From assembly GCA_052327205.1 (NCBI GenBank), contig CM126214.1, forward strand, positions 181,040,001 through 181,104,000: a stretch of DNA of 64,000 nucleotides, given 5' to 3'. The notes beneath the pieces are model-generated. The model saw nothing but the letters and a program-made list of their open reading frames with translations. It searched no databases and was not told where the DNA came from. Of the stretch, positions 37,501 through 52,500 are shown piece after piece. How positions within the stretch are numbered: position 1 is the stretch's first letter; every line of letters starts with the position of its first letter. Source of the DNA: Somniosus microcephalus. Taxonomy: Eukaryota. The position numbers and the translations under genes are program-made.

Positions 37501-40500
37501 AGATGGACAACCTACTTGCTCCAGTTCTTCTGTAACTGGCTGCTTGCTGGGAGAACCCTAGAATGACTTGGTGTCTTACAGTGCTGTGATTTTTCTCTGC
37601 CAGCCTCGTGCCTGCCCCCTCCCCCCTTTTTTAAAATCTTTCTTCTTGTTGAGTTGCTCAACCGTACAATTGAAGCTGAGTTGGAGAGAGGAAAGATGTC
37701 TTCATTAAGCTCTTTTTTCTCTTGGTTTAAGTAGCCTCGAGTGTTGAGAAGTGTTCTTGTGATCCCATGACTCCTAGAGTGATTAAACCAGTGCAGATAC
37801 GCACAGTGCCATTTTCCAGCTCTCGACATTCGTTCATCAGGATTTTCTTTTGTTTCTGAGTTTTCTCTGGCAGTTGTTCTAAGATCGGTGGGTGATCAAA
37901 ACTTTTCATTGTCCTCCATAACTTCAAATTTGGTTTATATCTGTCAGTTGTGACCCAATTACTTCCTTTTGTTTATTCCATAAACGTGAGCTCATCCAAA
38001 ACTCATCTGCCCAAATCCTAAGTTGCGCCAGGGCCCGCTCACCCATGCCCCTGTGCTCAGTGACCGACATTGGCTCCCGGTCTGACAACGCCTTGATTTT
38101 TAAAATTCTCATCCTTGTGTTCAAATCCCTCTATGGCCTCGTCCCTCCCTATCTCTGTAATCTCCTATAGCCCTCCCAAGAACTTGGTGAATTGAGCGAG
38201 GGGGGAATTCAATTTGCATTCCTGCCCTCAGCAATGTGTTGGCACTGCAGCAAGCTGTGCCATCACTGTAGAATCATGGAACGATGCAGCACAGAAGGAG
38301 GCCATTTGGCTCATTGTCCCTGTCCTGGCTCTTTGAAAGAGCTATCCAATTAGTCCCACTCTCCTGCCCTTTCCCCATATTCCTTCAAATTTTTCCCCTT
38401 CGAGTATTTATCCGATTCCCTTTTGGAAGTTATTGAATCTGCTTCCACCACCCTTTCAGGCAGTGCATTCCAGATCACAACTGCTCGCTGCGTTTTATAT
38501 ATTTTTAAAAATCTCCCCATCTCCCCTCTGGTTCTTTTGCTGCCTTAAACTAGAATGTTAAAAACCAAAAGCTGAAAGATGCAGAAAAGTTCTCCCTAGT
38601 TAAAAGTCAATCGAAGGGGGAAATGACAGGTCTCTGGTTTCTGACCACATTGAAGCTGTTTTATGAGCGTGTGTGTTGTTACAAAGTGTTTCTGTGGGCT
38701 TGGAGGTGGCGCTGAGAGTAGAATCTGAAGAGTCCCCCCCCCCCCCCCCCCCTTTCTCGCTCTCCACTTCTCCCACCCACTGACCAGTGATGACAAACAG
38801 CAACCATGATGTGGGTTGTGGGACGGACCGTGCAAATCCAGACTGCACACAGCGTTGAACTTTTCACAGCCATGTGATTAACCAGCAGCAGCTGAAGTAA
38901 GAATTTTTATTTTGCTTTTGATTCCCCCTCGTGGAAAAGTAGTTTTTTCTTTTCTCGCATTTGTTGCTTTTGTCCTGAATTATTTTTTTTATAGAAAGTT
39001 TTTATTGGCCAATTTGTTTTCCTTGCCCCTCCCCCTTCTCTCGGCCATTCATTAACTGAATGTGCTGCTTCCAGCTTCTGGTTAAAGAGCCGACCCCTGC
39101 TTTATTTTTGTGCTTCAAAAATGGTTCGGTCTATGTGACACCCGTCAATTGATAAGGCGGGAGATGAAATGGCAGGCGGTGATGCACTCGGTGCACCAGG
39201 AATTGATGGAAGTGTTTTAAGAAGCCAAAGAGCAGTGAGATATTGAGAACTTGATCTTGACTGCACAACAGACTAAATTTGGGATTCTAGGGTGCTGATG
39301 GCTGCCAGTTGGTGCTTTGTACGTAGGATTACTGTGCCATTACTTGTAATTACACACTGTCTTTTGACACTTTAAATAGAAACCTTTTTTTTCCTGAATT
39401 TCATTGAAGTATTTCGTTTTATACTCGTTTTAAACCTCCTTTTTTGAAAAGACGGAAATAATATCTGAAAAAATCCCTCAAGGAAATTTTCAAGGAATCA
39501 AAAATGCAGAGCTCTTAGTGAGGCCTCTTGCCATACTGATGAACATTGTCGACAGCTGGTCTTGTTCAAATACCCAAGCAGAGAGTGGCATGCTAGTAGC
39601 CACTCGGACAAGATTGAGCGCAAAGAGCAAGTCACCTGCCAGCCATTTCGGTCTGGGCAATGTGCGAATGTAAGGTGGAAACAGTGACGGGCGGCTGGGG
39701 AAATGGGGGTAAAGCTTGGGCCTGGCGGGGGGAGTGTTGTGCAGAGGGAGGAAGAGAGAAGCCAATCGCCATTAACAACTGGTACTAGAAAGGGCGTGGG
39801 TGAGAGCGGCTTGGGCTTAGTTATGACGACCTCCACAATTCGGCCAGCATTCAATGGCTAGAGGGAGACTAACTCCAGTAGAGGTGTAACTCCACGCATA
39901 GTCGCTGCCTTCAAGAGCTGGAGGTGGGCGCAATACATCTTTGCATAATTTCCATACTGACCACAAGCCACTCACTTTTTAATGAAACTTTCATTGATGA
40001 AAGAAAATTGATCTGATTAACTGTTGCCACGTGTGGGCTAGGATTGCTAGCTGTGGTATAGTAATATTCTAGCGAAACCTCTCTCTCACTCACAGAAGCA
40101 TATTTTCTCTCGTGCAGGTGGGAGGAAGAACGCTATACTGATGGTGTGAAGTGGAAATTTCTAGAACACAAAGGCCCAGTATTTGCTCCTCCCTACGTGC
40201 CACTCCCGGATAAAGTTAAATTCTATTACGATGGTAAGTGAGAGTATGTATGTTGACGTTGAAAATATTCATAATTGGGAAGGAGAAGTGACTGAGAAAC
40301 AATAAAGTGAGGAGTGTATGTAGGGAAAATTTATCACGGTGATTCAATTAGTGATAAAGTTACAACCGTGACCTGATAACAGAAAGTAGAACTGTGCTTC
40401 ACAATATGTTGGGTTGTGACCGCCCCAATGTTTTAGTTCCGGATGGTTGTCCATGTCCTTTATTCCAGCATAATAACTGGCCATTATGTGACTGTAACTG

Positions 40501-43500
40501 TAGCTTCAAAGGGCAGTGTTTCACTGCAGGTAATGGCTGGTTTTTGCCTCATTGCAACACTTGTTAGTCTATTGATATCGCCGCTCTCCTGTGGTGTTAA
40601 CCACTATCTTTACTCATCAGGGACACCACTTTATAATTTAAATAAAACAACTCTTGAGGTTTTTATACCAATTTTAAACAGCGGCACTGATATTCAAGCA
40701 TCACCACCACTCGTGATTTTAGGAATTCTGACGCAGCGTCCAAACAAGTGTCCCGAGGTGGCACCAAAACCTGAGTGAAGGAGTAATTTGGCTTTGTTTT
40801 TGTACAACCGGGCAACTCCCACTTGAATGTCGTGCTCGGTCTTCCTTTGCAGCACTGAAAGAAAGTCTTGCATTTATATAGCTCCTTTCACGACTTCAGG
40901 ATGCTTTACAGCCGATTAAGTTCTTTTGAAGTGTAGTCACTGTTGTAATGTAGGAAACATGACAGCCAATTTGCACACAGCAAGCTCCCACAAACAGCAG
41001 TGTGATAATGATCAGATAATCTGTTTTTAGTGATGCTGATTGGGTTAATAAATATTGGCCAGTACACCGGGGATAACTCCTCTGCTACTCTTCGAAATAA
41101 TGTCGTGAGATCTTTTACGTCCACCTGAGAGAGCAGACGGGACCTCAGTTTAATGTCTCCTCTGAAAGACGGCACCTCCAACATTGCAGCACTCCCTCAG
41201 TACTGCACTGGCGTGTCAGCCTGCTTCAAGTCGCTGTCATCAGCGAACTAGCTCGGCAGATTTACCGAGACTAATAGGTGCACAGGATGTGTTGCTGAGG
41301 TTGACTTGTAGGTTAAGTATTGAGCCCCCCTGTTTTGTTTACTTTCAAGTGTACAAAGCCCCAATATTGTGGGCCTCTGTGATCCCTCAGTCAAGAGTCC
41401 ATCAACATCAGCATTTGTGATTTAGCAGCTTTTTATATATATAAAAAAGATCCTGATCAAGAAATTTTCTCTCAATGAATATTTTGAGCAGTTTGGGATC
41501 ATATGAGGAGTTAAATGGATGAATGTGACTTGTGCATTAGGAAACCCTGAAGCCTGCCAGTTTAGAAAGTGCCTCAGTATTTGATGAGCGACAGTACTGT
41601 TGCATTTATGTTGGAAGCTGGTTCAATGTGTAGAACCTACCCTGCTCGTATTATGGGCTGGTCCCGATAGCATCCCAACCATGTTTTAAAGTTGTTTTTA
41701 TTCAAGGCTGAGATCGATAGATTTTTGCACTCGTGGGGAATCGAGGGATATGGGGATGGGGTGGGAAAGTGGAGTTGAGGTCGAAGATCAGCCATGATCT
41801 TATTGAATGGTGGAGCAGGCTCAAGGGTCCGTATGGCCGACTCCTAATTTTTATGTGCTGAAGGTCGTTCTGCCCGCAGCAGCTGTAGATAGTTCCCCTG
41901 TGCCAATGGGGCTACCAACCTCTTGTTTATGTTGTTACCAATTTCAAGACAGCTGGCAGCAGTAAAGTAAATGGGGTACACACGGTAACCTACAGACATG
42001 TTCTCGTCTCATTTCAGGATTGTAGATCGCGTGATCGGGCCTTGCAAAAAAAAAATGGCTGATCCTGAATTCGAGCTCCGACAGCCACCGTCCTGGGTGC
42101 AATGAGCTTGACCCCCTGATCAAATAGACCTAACTGTTGGACCGAGATCCTCCTATTTGCTTAGTTGGTTCTTTGTGATTTTCTGGGGTGAGTTCAGTTG
42201 TGTGTTCCCACAGAATTCCTGTGGAGGTTGGAATAGACATGGAAAGTGTGTGGACCAGCCACATAAATACTGTGGCAACAAGAGCAAGTCAGAGGCTGTG
42301 TATTCTGCGGCGAGTGTCTCCCCTCCTGATTCCCCAAAGCCTTTCCACCATCTACAAGGCACAAGTCAGGAGTGTGATGGAATACTCTCCACTTGCCTGG
42401 ATGAGTGCAGCTCCAACAACACAAGAAGTTCGACAACCATCCAGGACAAAGCAGCCCGCTTGATTGGTACCCCATTCACCACCTTAAACATTCACTCCCT
42501 CCACCACCGGCACACCGTTGCTGCCGTGTGTACCATCAACAAGATGCACTGCAGGAACTCGTCGAGGCTTTTTTGGCAGCACCTCCCAAACCCGCGACCT
42601 CTACCAACTAGAAGGACAGGGGCAGCAGATGCGTGGGAACACCATCACCTGAAAGTTCCCCTCCAAGTCGCACACCAGCCCGACTTCGAAGTATATCGCT
42701 GGTCCTTCATCGTCGCTGGGTCAAAATCCTGGAACTCTATCCCTAGCAGCACTGAGGGAGTACTTCACACGGACTGCAGCGGTTCGAGAAGGCAGTTCAC
42801 CACCACCACCTCCAGGGCAGCGAGGGATGGTCAATAAATGCTGCCCTTCCCAGTGACGCCCACATCCCATGAACAAATTTTTTAAAATTCAGGAAGTGCT
42901 ACATCTGTATTTAAAGGGGGAAGGGACAGTCTTGTGGGTGGGGGAATACTTAACGTTCAAAGTATTTACCTGTTTTTTTTTTTTTTAATATAAATATATT
43001 TTCCTTTTTTTTTAAAAGCCATTTCTTGTCCTGGTATTGATCTTACTGATGGGGAAGACCAACCCAAGACCGTGGTCACCACATTGCAGGAAAGATGTGA
43101 TTGCACTAGAAAGGGTACAGAGGAGATTTACGAGGATGTTGCCAGGGCTGGGGAATTTTAGCTGTGAGGAAAGATTGGATAGGCTGGGGTTATTTTCTTT
43201 AGAACAGAGAAGGCTGAGGGGAAATTTAATTGAGGTGTATAAAATTATATGGGGCCCAGATAGAGTGGCTAGGAAGGGCCTATTTCCATTAGCAGAGGTC
43301 AATAACCGGGGGCATAGATTTAAAGTAATTGGTAGAAGGATTAGAGGGGAGTTGTAGAGAACTTTATTCACCCAGAGGGTGGTGGGGGTCTGGAACTCAC
43401 TGCCTGAAAGGGTGGTAGAGGCAGAAACCTTCATCGCATTTAAAAAGTACTTGGATATGCACTTGAAGTGCCGTAACCTACAGGGCTACGGACCAGGAGC

Positions 43501-46500
43501 TGGAAAGTGAGATTAGGCTGGACCGCTCTTTGTCGGCCGGCACGGATACGATGGGCCCAATGGCTGCCTTCTGTGCTGTAAATTTGTATGATTCTAAGAT
43601 GGTCCTCGTAATTTTAATAGAAACCCTGATTTCAGGTCTACCTGAAATCTGATCCTAACCCCCAAAAAGCATGCTGCTGGCTTGATTTGAGCTCCAAGTT
43701 TCCAGAATCGACACTTAAGTATTTCTGGTTAGATAGCTCAGCGAATGACACACGTGTTTGCTGTTGGAATAGACAGATGGGGTTTAATGTTGAGGGTTAA
43801 TGTTGAGCTCCGAGATTGTACCAGCGTCCCCTCCCGTTCAGTCCTCGCCAATGTCAGGCTCTACCTTGTTCCCAACACACTCATTTCTCTGAATTGTTCT
43901 GCAGTATTTTCATGGAAAGGCCTGATTTGGTGAGTCACTCGCTCAATGAGCAGGAAGTGTGGGAGTTGTTGCAGTGCAGAATGATCACCACGTTTCTGTT
44001 CAATTCCACTTCCTCCACTTGGCAACTTTTAAACCATTTCATAACCATAGCCATTCATCTCCCCCCAATTGTCTTTAAAACGTGACAATGCATAGCACCT
44101 GTGTAGCATGATGTCTGCCTGCCTGTTTGTTCCTTTAACTGGAAAATGGTATTGTGGGGGGGGGGGGGTTGTTTCTTTGAAAGCAAGTTTATCACTCTGA
44201 CCATTTGTTGCCTGTGTGTATTCCTGCTTCTTGGTGTAAGCCTGTCTTGACGTTTATTTCAGACCTGCGTAATCCATTGGTGTACTTTTATTTATCATAA
44301 TGCAACAGCTCTCATTTGCATAACTGCTCTTTGCACAGAAGAAAACGTGTGAGTGATTAAAATGGTGGAGCGGCAGCCCCATGAAGGAAAATGTAGAGGG
44401 GTTGAGAGATCAACGGTCAGACGATGAGGGGAAAGTCGCACTTTGAAATCTGGTATTCTCTGCCCCCAAAAGGCTGGATGCTGGGGCAGTGGAGTCTAAT
44501 CACCTCCCCATGACATTCAGTGGTATTAACATCGCCGAATCCCCCACCATCAACATCCTGGGGGTCACCATTGACAAGAATCTTAACTGGACCAGCCACA
44601 GAAATACTGTGGCAACAAGAGCAGGTCAGAGGCTGGGTATTCGACAGCGAGTGTCTCACCTCCTGACTCCACAAAGCCTTTCCACCATCTACAAGGCACA
44701 AGTAAGGAGTGTGATGGAATACTCTCCACTTGCCTGGATGAGTGCAGCTCCCAACAACACTCAAGAAGCTCGACACCATCCAAGATAAAGCAGCCCACTT
44801 GATTGGCACCCCATCCACCGCCTTAAACATTCACTCCCTCCACCAGCAGCGTACCGTGGCTGCAGTGTGTACCATCTACAAGATGCACTGCAGCAACTCG
44901 CCAAGGCTTCTTTGGCAGCACCTCCTAAACCCACGACTTCTACCACCTAGGACAAGGGCAGCAGGCGCATGAGAACACCACCATCTCCAAGTTCCCCTCC
45001 AAGTCACACACCATCCTGACTTAGAAGTATGTCGCGGATCCTTCATCGCCGCTGGGTCAAAATCCTGGAACTCCCTCCCTAACAGCACTGTGGGAGCACC
45101 TTCACCACACGGACTGCAGCGGTTCAAGGCGGCGGCTCACCGCCACCTTCTCAAGGGCAATTAGGGATGGGCAATAAGTGCTGGCCTTGCCAGCGACACC
45201 CACATCCCATAACGAAAAAAAAAAAGTTGGAGATATTGGGACTGAGCTCGATAGATTTTTGTTGGGTAAGACTGTCGAGGGGTAGGGAGCCACGGTTGGT
45301 AAATGGAGCTGAGGTGCCGATCAGCCAAGATCTAATTGAATGGTGGATCAGGCTTGAGGAGCTGATTGGCCTACTCCGGTTGCTATGGTACCGGGAGGGA
45401 ACTGCAGTGGGCACGGGCGGTGCCTGAAGTGCTTGCAATGGTAGAGGGAGGGAGTGAGTGAGTGAGCAGTCAGAGGAGCCGCGGGTGCATACAGCAAGTG
45501 TGACTTGAGATGCTTGTTGAAGCTGGGTGGGGAGGGTGTGAATATTTGAATGCTGACTGATTTGTTGGGGGAAATGGGGCCAGTGGAGATGGTGATTATG
45601 TCAAGAGAGCACACTGGCCAAACCAAGGAGAGTATTCGAGAAGTCCATCCTTGAGGTGCTGGGAGAGCGTGGGTCTTGTAGTTGGGAGCAGAGGTGAGTG
45701 TAAGCCTCTCTTCCGGAGGTGGAAGAAAGCTCCCTTGGCAACTCACTACACACTAGGTGCACAACTTGCATCAGGATTGAACAGGACACCAACGATCCAC
45801 CTCACCGGATTGCCCCGAGCATGCAGCCAAGGATAGTGGTGGGGTTGAGGTCAGGGGCGTGTGGCCACTTTAGGGAGGTACCCACTGACGCTTGTGGAAC
45901 TGTAACCGAGCATGGTGTGGTCACCTTCAGGAGCGGGGAGAAAGAGAACTGTTCCTTTATTTTAGAATGTGCAGGCTAGCAGGTTCCCTTCCCTGAACTC
46001 TCGAGTTTTTGCAACAATCCAGCTGCTGTCATGGTTTTTTTTCTCTCTCTCTGGTCCTCGTCACAGGTCACAACGTGTCATGCTGGGATTTGAATCCATG
46101 ACTTCGGAGTTGCTCGTCCAGTGCCATACCTGTAATATACTGTAATAATACAGTATCCTGTTCTGTGTGTGGTTGTTTCTCAGTTCTTTGTGTTAAATTG
46201 ACACCACTGGGCTTGTATCTCAACGTCATGTGGGATTTTACAAACTGTTGATGACAGGATTGGACTTGACCCTAATTTATTTAAGAACTTTTACAGTTAA
46301 ATAGTCCTTCGTCGCTCCCCTCTTAGCTTTGCCCACTCATGGTAATCCAGTTCTTTGAGTGGCCATGACCGAGGGGTAGAAAAATACTTCTTTAAAACCC
46401 AAAGCAGCAGCTTCCCCTGTGCTTTGGATCCTGTCAAGAGGGACAAATGTATTAATGGCCTGGGGTTGGGATTGCACGTGATTCTTCAATGGGATATCAA

Positions 46501-49500
46501 TTAACTGTTTAACTATCTTTTTATGCTGACACATTTGTGTTTTAAATGCCAAGCAGTGAGGACAATACCTTTTTTGAAAAGGTTATAAATGGATGGACTT
46601 GTGCACTATGGTGCCCAACCGTCATAACCTGTAATAAACGTTCACTCAAGTGATTGTAAAACATTGATCTCCATATATATAAAGATTGCACAAGCATGTA
46701 ACATCTATAGCCAACTAATTAGACAGCTTGGGAGTCTGTAGATTTCCATCCTCCATAGTGTCTCTGCACTTGCCATGAGTTAGATACCCCTCTTATTTGA
46801 ACGCATAAACGTGATCCCATGGCGCAATGTCCTCATTGTGTAGCTGCTGCTCTGTGCTGGACACAGCATGTAGCGATGTAGATCAGTAAAAAGCAAATTT
46901 GAGACAGCTGGCCTTTTTCTTTTGCTCTTTTATGCCCCCTTTTTTTGCTGTTTATACCTTCTGAGCTCCCTTTCTCGCATCTGGTGTGGATCTGTGTGCT
47001 CAGCAACGATTGGGTGAATGCTGTGTGGAGACAGGGATAGGCTGGGTTCCTTTTGTGATGAAAAACTGGTCTATTAATTTCAGAGTACGCTTTGCAAGGT
47101 TCCACTCCCGACGTGAGATTTCCAGTGATTCATACGAATGCTCTCTGTGAGCATTCCAGGTTGAAGAATCCCTCATTCCCTACTAAAAATGTGGGGATTT
47201 GGATAGCGCAGTGGGTTAGATGTTGACGTTTCACCTCTGGAGCTTGGGTCCCAAACCAGTGCAGACCAGGCGCACATGTCTCTTTCTCCTGCTGGATGTA
47301 AGGGTTCTATGTGAAACTAGTTTGGGTAGATTCAGTCCCGTTCATACCAGGCAAGAGCCTGTAGTGCCAAACTGCCTCCCATTTCTTTGCCTAGGTTACA
47401 GCAGTGACTACGCTTCAAAAGTACGTTGGTGGTTGTGAAGCGCTTCGGGGCGTCATGAGGGCGTGAGAGGCGATAAATGCAAGTTCTTCCTCTCTCGCAC
47501 GAATTGGGAGTGTCGCTTACACACGCCTAAAGGTAGTTGGTGTTGAAAGGGAAATGAGTGCCACACTGGTCCAGTAGCAGCAGTTCTTTGAGGCTGGGGT
47601 TTAGGTAGAGTGGAGGATCTTTTGCTCTGCACTTGACCTGAGAGTGCTTGACGCTGATACTGGGCGCCTCTGCATTGCTATCCCTCGCTTCAAGGCGCAC
47701 TAAATGTACCACACTCGCAATGTGCATAATGAGATTTCATAAGAACATAAGAAGTAGGAGCAGGAGTAGGCCATACGGCCCCTCGGACCTGCTCCGCCAT
47801 TCAATAGGATCATGGCTGATCCGAATCTAGACTCACGTCCACTTCCCTGCCCTCTCCCCGTAACCCCTAATTCCCTTATCTGCTAGGAAACTGTCTATCT
47901 CCATTTTAAATTTATTTATTGTTGCAGCTTCCACAGCTCTCTGGGGTAGCAAATTCCATAGATTTACTACCCTCTGAGTGAAGAAGTTTCTCCTCCTCTC
48001 AGTTTTGAAAGGGCAGCCCCTTATTCTAAGATTATGCCCCCTAGTTCTAGTCTCACTCATCAGTGGAAACATCCTCACCGCATCCACCCGATCAAGCCCC
48101 CTCACAATCTTATATGTTCTGATAAGATCGCCTCTCATTCTTCTGAACTCCAATGAGTAGAGTCCCAACCTACTCAACCTTTCCTCATACTTCAACCCCC
48201 TCATCTCCGGAATCAACCGAGTGAACCTTCTCTGAACCGCCTCGAGAGCAAGTATATCTTTTCTTAAATATGGAAACCAAAACTGCACGCAGTATTCCAG
48301 GTGTGGCCTCACCAATACCCTGTATAACTGCAGCAAGACTTCCCTGTTTTTATACTCCATCCCCCTTGCAATAAAAGCCAAGATTCCATTGGCCTTCCTG
48401 TTCACCTGCTGCATCTGCATACTAACTTTTTGTGTTTCATGCACCAGGACCCCCAGATCCCTTTGTACTGTAGCACTTTGCAGTTTCTCTCCATTTAGAT
48501 AATAACTTGCTCTTTGATTTTTTTTCTGCCAAAGTGCATAACCTCACACTTTCCAACATTATATTGCATCTGCCAAATCTCTGCCCACTCACTTAGCCTG
48601 TGTATGTCCCTTTGCAGGTTTTTTATGTCCTCCTCACTCACTGCTTTCCCTCCCATCTTTGTATCGTCGGCAAACTTGGATATGTTGCACTCGGTCCCTT
48701 CCTCCAAATCGTTAATATAGATTTCGATTTTGCAGTCAGAACTGCTTGTAATACTTTCGGATGGCGAGCATGGGTATGATTGAGTGGGACAGTGTTTAAA
48801 ATGAAGATGTAAATTTGTACCCATCTGTACCTGTACTTTCACGAGTCCCTGTCTTTTGGTGTCTGATTTAAATCTTCTTGTTTAGGGAAACCTATGAAGC
48901 TGAGCCCTCAGTGCGAAGAGGTCGCGACATTCTTTGCAAAAATGCTCGATCATGAGTACACTACAAAAGATATCTTTAGGAAGAATTTCTTCAAAGACTG
49001 GCGAAAGGTAAGTTTGAAGAGCGAAAAAAGCTAGTTTTGGATTGTGGGGGTGCTAATTAAAAAGCGAAGTCTTTCAGTATCCAAATCCTACAATTTAAAT
49101 GTCAACTTGGCTCTGTTTTGCTTGGATCTGTTATATTCATCGAAGCAGGCAGACATGGCCTTGATTTAATATCTCAGTCTGGAAAAACGGCAATGCAGCA
49201 CTCCCTCAGCACTGCACAGGAGTGTCGGCCTAGATTTTTGTGCTCCAGTCCCTGGAGTGGGGCTTGAACCCACAACCTTCTGACTCAAGAGGTGAGAGCA
49301 CTACCGACTGAACCACAGCTGACACCAAGCTTGGGTAAGGAGCTCCAAAGAGCAGGCCCAAAGTGGCTGAATGCTTTTCAGCAAGGAGAACGTGCACAGA
49401 AGCATTTGGGACTGGAATAGATTGAAGCGATAGAGAGTGGGATATCCTGAGAACGTGCTTTATAAATACAAATTCTTTTTTCTGTCATGGATACACACCA

Positions 49501-52500
49501 GATGGCCCTATTTTCCTTCCCACCTTTTGAAGCCAAGACCAGAGATTTAGAGAAGGCGGGAGAAATGACCAAAGCTGTTCCTGTTGGAATTTATTTTTGG
49601 GTGTGAGTGGGAAGATTCTTGTTCAAACAAAGCAAATGTTTTGACCGAGAGTGGCAGGAGAAGGAACAATTCTCCTAAACCAGATTGTCAGTCATAGCTT
49701 TTTTTGATTCCCGAGTTCTGTTGATGCACGAGATGATGAAGGCAGGATTTGCAAACTTGAGAGGAAGTGTTTTTCTTTCACTCGTCACCTCCGAACACTG
49801 AGATATAGCCCAGTATATTTTTATAATAGAGCTTGACCTAACAGGCCAACGATGCTGCTTTGCTCTTTGAACTTCTCCCTGCATGTTGGGTAGTTGACCT
49901 ATGCCCACACCTTGCCCAGTGCCACTCTCTGATCTGCTGCCACTAAGTGCCTGAGAAAGACGGCCCCCACAGTCATTTCTCCCTCTTGAGTTATGATTTT
50001 CGCACCGTGGTCAAACTTTCGCTGCCTTCCTTCCTTCCAGCCCGCGGCACAAATTGCATTTAATTAAGGCTTTGCTTTAATCTAGGAAATGAAACCTGAA
50101 GAAAAGTCGTCAATAACAGATCTCAACAAGTGCGACTTTGAACAAATTAGCCAATATTTCAAGGCCCAGTCTGAGGCTCGAAAGCAGATGTCCAAAGAAG
50201 AGAAACAGGTTTGTAGTGGGAGACGAGCTGAGTTATGCCCCCTCCTGCAGGGCACTGTTGGTGAATGTACCAGGTTGAATTGCTCTTGTATTTGCCAATT
50301 TCACCTGGCGTGCTGGTAGTGGCACTATAACCAGTTTCAGCACTGGGCTATGGAAGAGACAAGTACACGTGTGTGTGTGTGTTTGTTTTATCAGACTTGG
50401 CCATGGTGCCTCCAAGACCTAATACACTTGGTAATCACTGTAAAGCTTCAGATGTGAAGAATTACCCCTTCAGGAAAAGACGGGAAGAAGTTTAATTATT
50501 GGGATTAATTTTTTTTAACTTTTTTTTAAAAAACAACAGAAATTAAAAGTAGACAATGAGAAGCTTCTACAGGAGTACGGGTATTGTATAATGGATAACC
50601 ACAAAGAGCGGATCGCGAACTTCAGGATTGAGCCGCCGGGACTCTTCCGAGGTCGTGGTAACCACCCAAAGATGGGCATGCTGAAGAGAAGGATTAGGCC
50701 GCAGGACATCATCATCAACTGTAGTAAGTGAGTATCTCTGAGGGGAAGCCCAGGCCTTTGCTAGCTCAACATTAATGACGAGATTTTTAGAAAATTGTCA
50801 GGGCTACACCGATGGTCCAGTAGGTAAAGTTCAACACCTGATGATATAGTGCTGAGCCATACAGATCAACAGACTACACGCTTGATTCCAGTCTGTGCTG
50901 AGTTAGCTGGAGCAACATTTGGGCTACTTTAATTCGCCTGTCATCCCTGGGCGAGGGAAGGGGGGTGAATCTGCTGGAGTTCTCGTTCTTAACTTCCTTT
51001 CAGTTACTGCTGCTGCGAAGTGCACGTGGGTGATATTGGGCGAGAACACAATGAAGGTCTGTAGCGTCGCCAGCAACCACTTTCTAGCTTGTACGCGAAG
51101 AATGGGCCCATGGAGGGGGTGACCAAAGCCGCCTCAAACTAGCACTTTTCACAACCTCGGGACGTCCCAGCCAACGAAGTACTTTTGAAGTGTAGTCACT
51201 GTTGTAATGTAGAGCTAAAGGGTTAAGTCTCGCCACACAAGTTTGGTGGCCCCTCCTCTTGTCTTTTTTGTTCCACATACAAATGCTGGAACAATCTCCA
51301 GTATTTCTTTTTTTCGGAATGAAGCTGAGCTGAGGGGAAATTTTGGTAAGAATCTGACCACATACACTTATTGTTGGTGGGACCTTAATGTTTAACAATA
51401 ATGCTCACCCTTTTTTTCAAGAATTTATTGCATAACCCAAGACTGAGAATCATTTTGAGGCACATTTGATTGTTCAGGTTAATATAGGCCGTAATCCAAC
51501 TTTTCGCACTTGCACGTTTAGAGGTAAACCCCCATTTTATACAGAGGAAGGTTACATTAATGAAGTGCTGTATTCATTTCTGAATGTTGCATATTCTATA
51601 ATCTTTGTATATTTTTCAAGACCAGTCCTGGCAGTTCAGGTCAGCCCTCGTGCCAACTGCTCAACTGATGTATACTGCTTACAGGATAGTCAGTGAGCAG
51701 CACAGTGGGTGTTCCAGTACCAGTTCTGGTGCCAATCTCAAATCATCCAAATAGGGAGACGGGGGCTGGCTGGCGATTGCTGCTTGTAATGAAAGAAGTC
51801 CCTCAACTCTCATTACTTGCTGCTGAATGTTGGTGCTCCCTCAAGTGGTGAAGAATGGGCACTGCAACACTAAGTTCTGAACCACTGGTCAAATTGAATT
51901 TTCCACCTTTTTGAAAGTTTCGGGAAGGACGTGCTCAGGATAGTAGAGAACGGGAATTTAAATCCACGGACTGTGCAGGTGAAGGAGGTGGGTCACAAGC
52001 TGCGCTACATTATTAGACACGGGGAAAGAATGCAGGAAGTTGCTGAATGGACTGTGGAAATGCTGTTGTAGCTGTCAGCCTGAACATGTGTTCTCTTTGG
52101 GTTTCACGTGTTCTTTTATTAACCACCTTTTCTGAAGGCCAGAGTGTGTGTGTTATAAATGGTTATGGCAATTTTTAACATACAATGGGGTAGGTGAAAC
52201 GAGAGTCTCGACATATCACTGAGCTCTCCCCTTTATCTCCAGGAACTCTAAGGTTCCACCACCTCCTGAAGGCAGCAAGTGGAAGGAGGTACGACATGAC
52301 AACAAGGTGACTTGGCTAGTGTCATGGACCGAGAACATCCAGGGATCTATAAAATACATCATGCTGAACCCCAGCTCCAGAATTAAGGTACGATGAGCTC
52401 TAGAGGTTGAGAGAATAACTGACCTGATTGGTGTTCAGTCACAGGCAAAGACCAGCAGTCTGATCTGCTACACTGAAGCTATCCTTCTCACCGAGAGGTC

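Noticed and set aside
42067-42078. GAATTCGAGCTC, EcoRI-SacI junction as in pUC polylinkers
   Set aside because: Only 12 bp, does not continue as GGTACC, flanks are genomic; chance match rather than vector.
42157-42837. 226-aa ORF
   Set aside because: Frame-shifted composite reading of a LINE 3' fragment, not a host gene.
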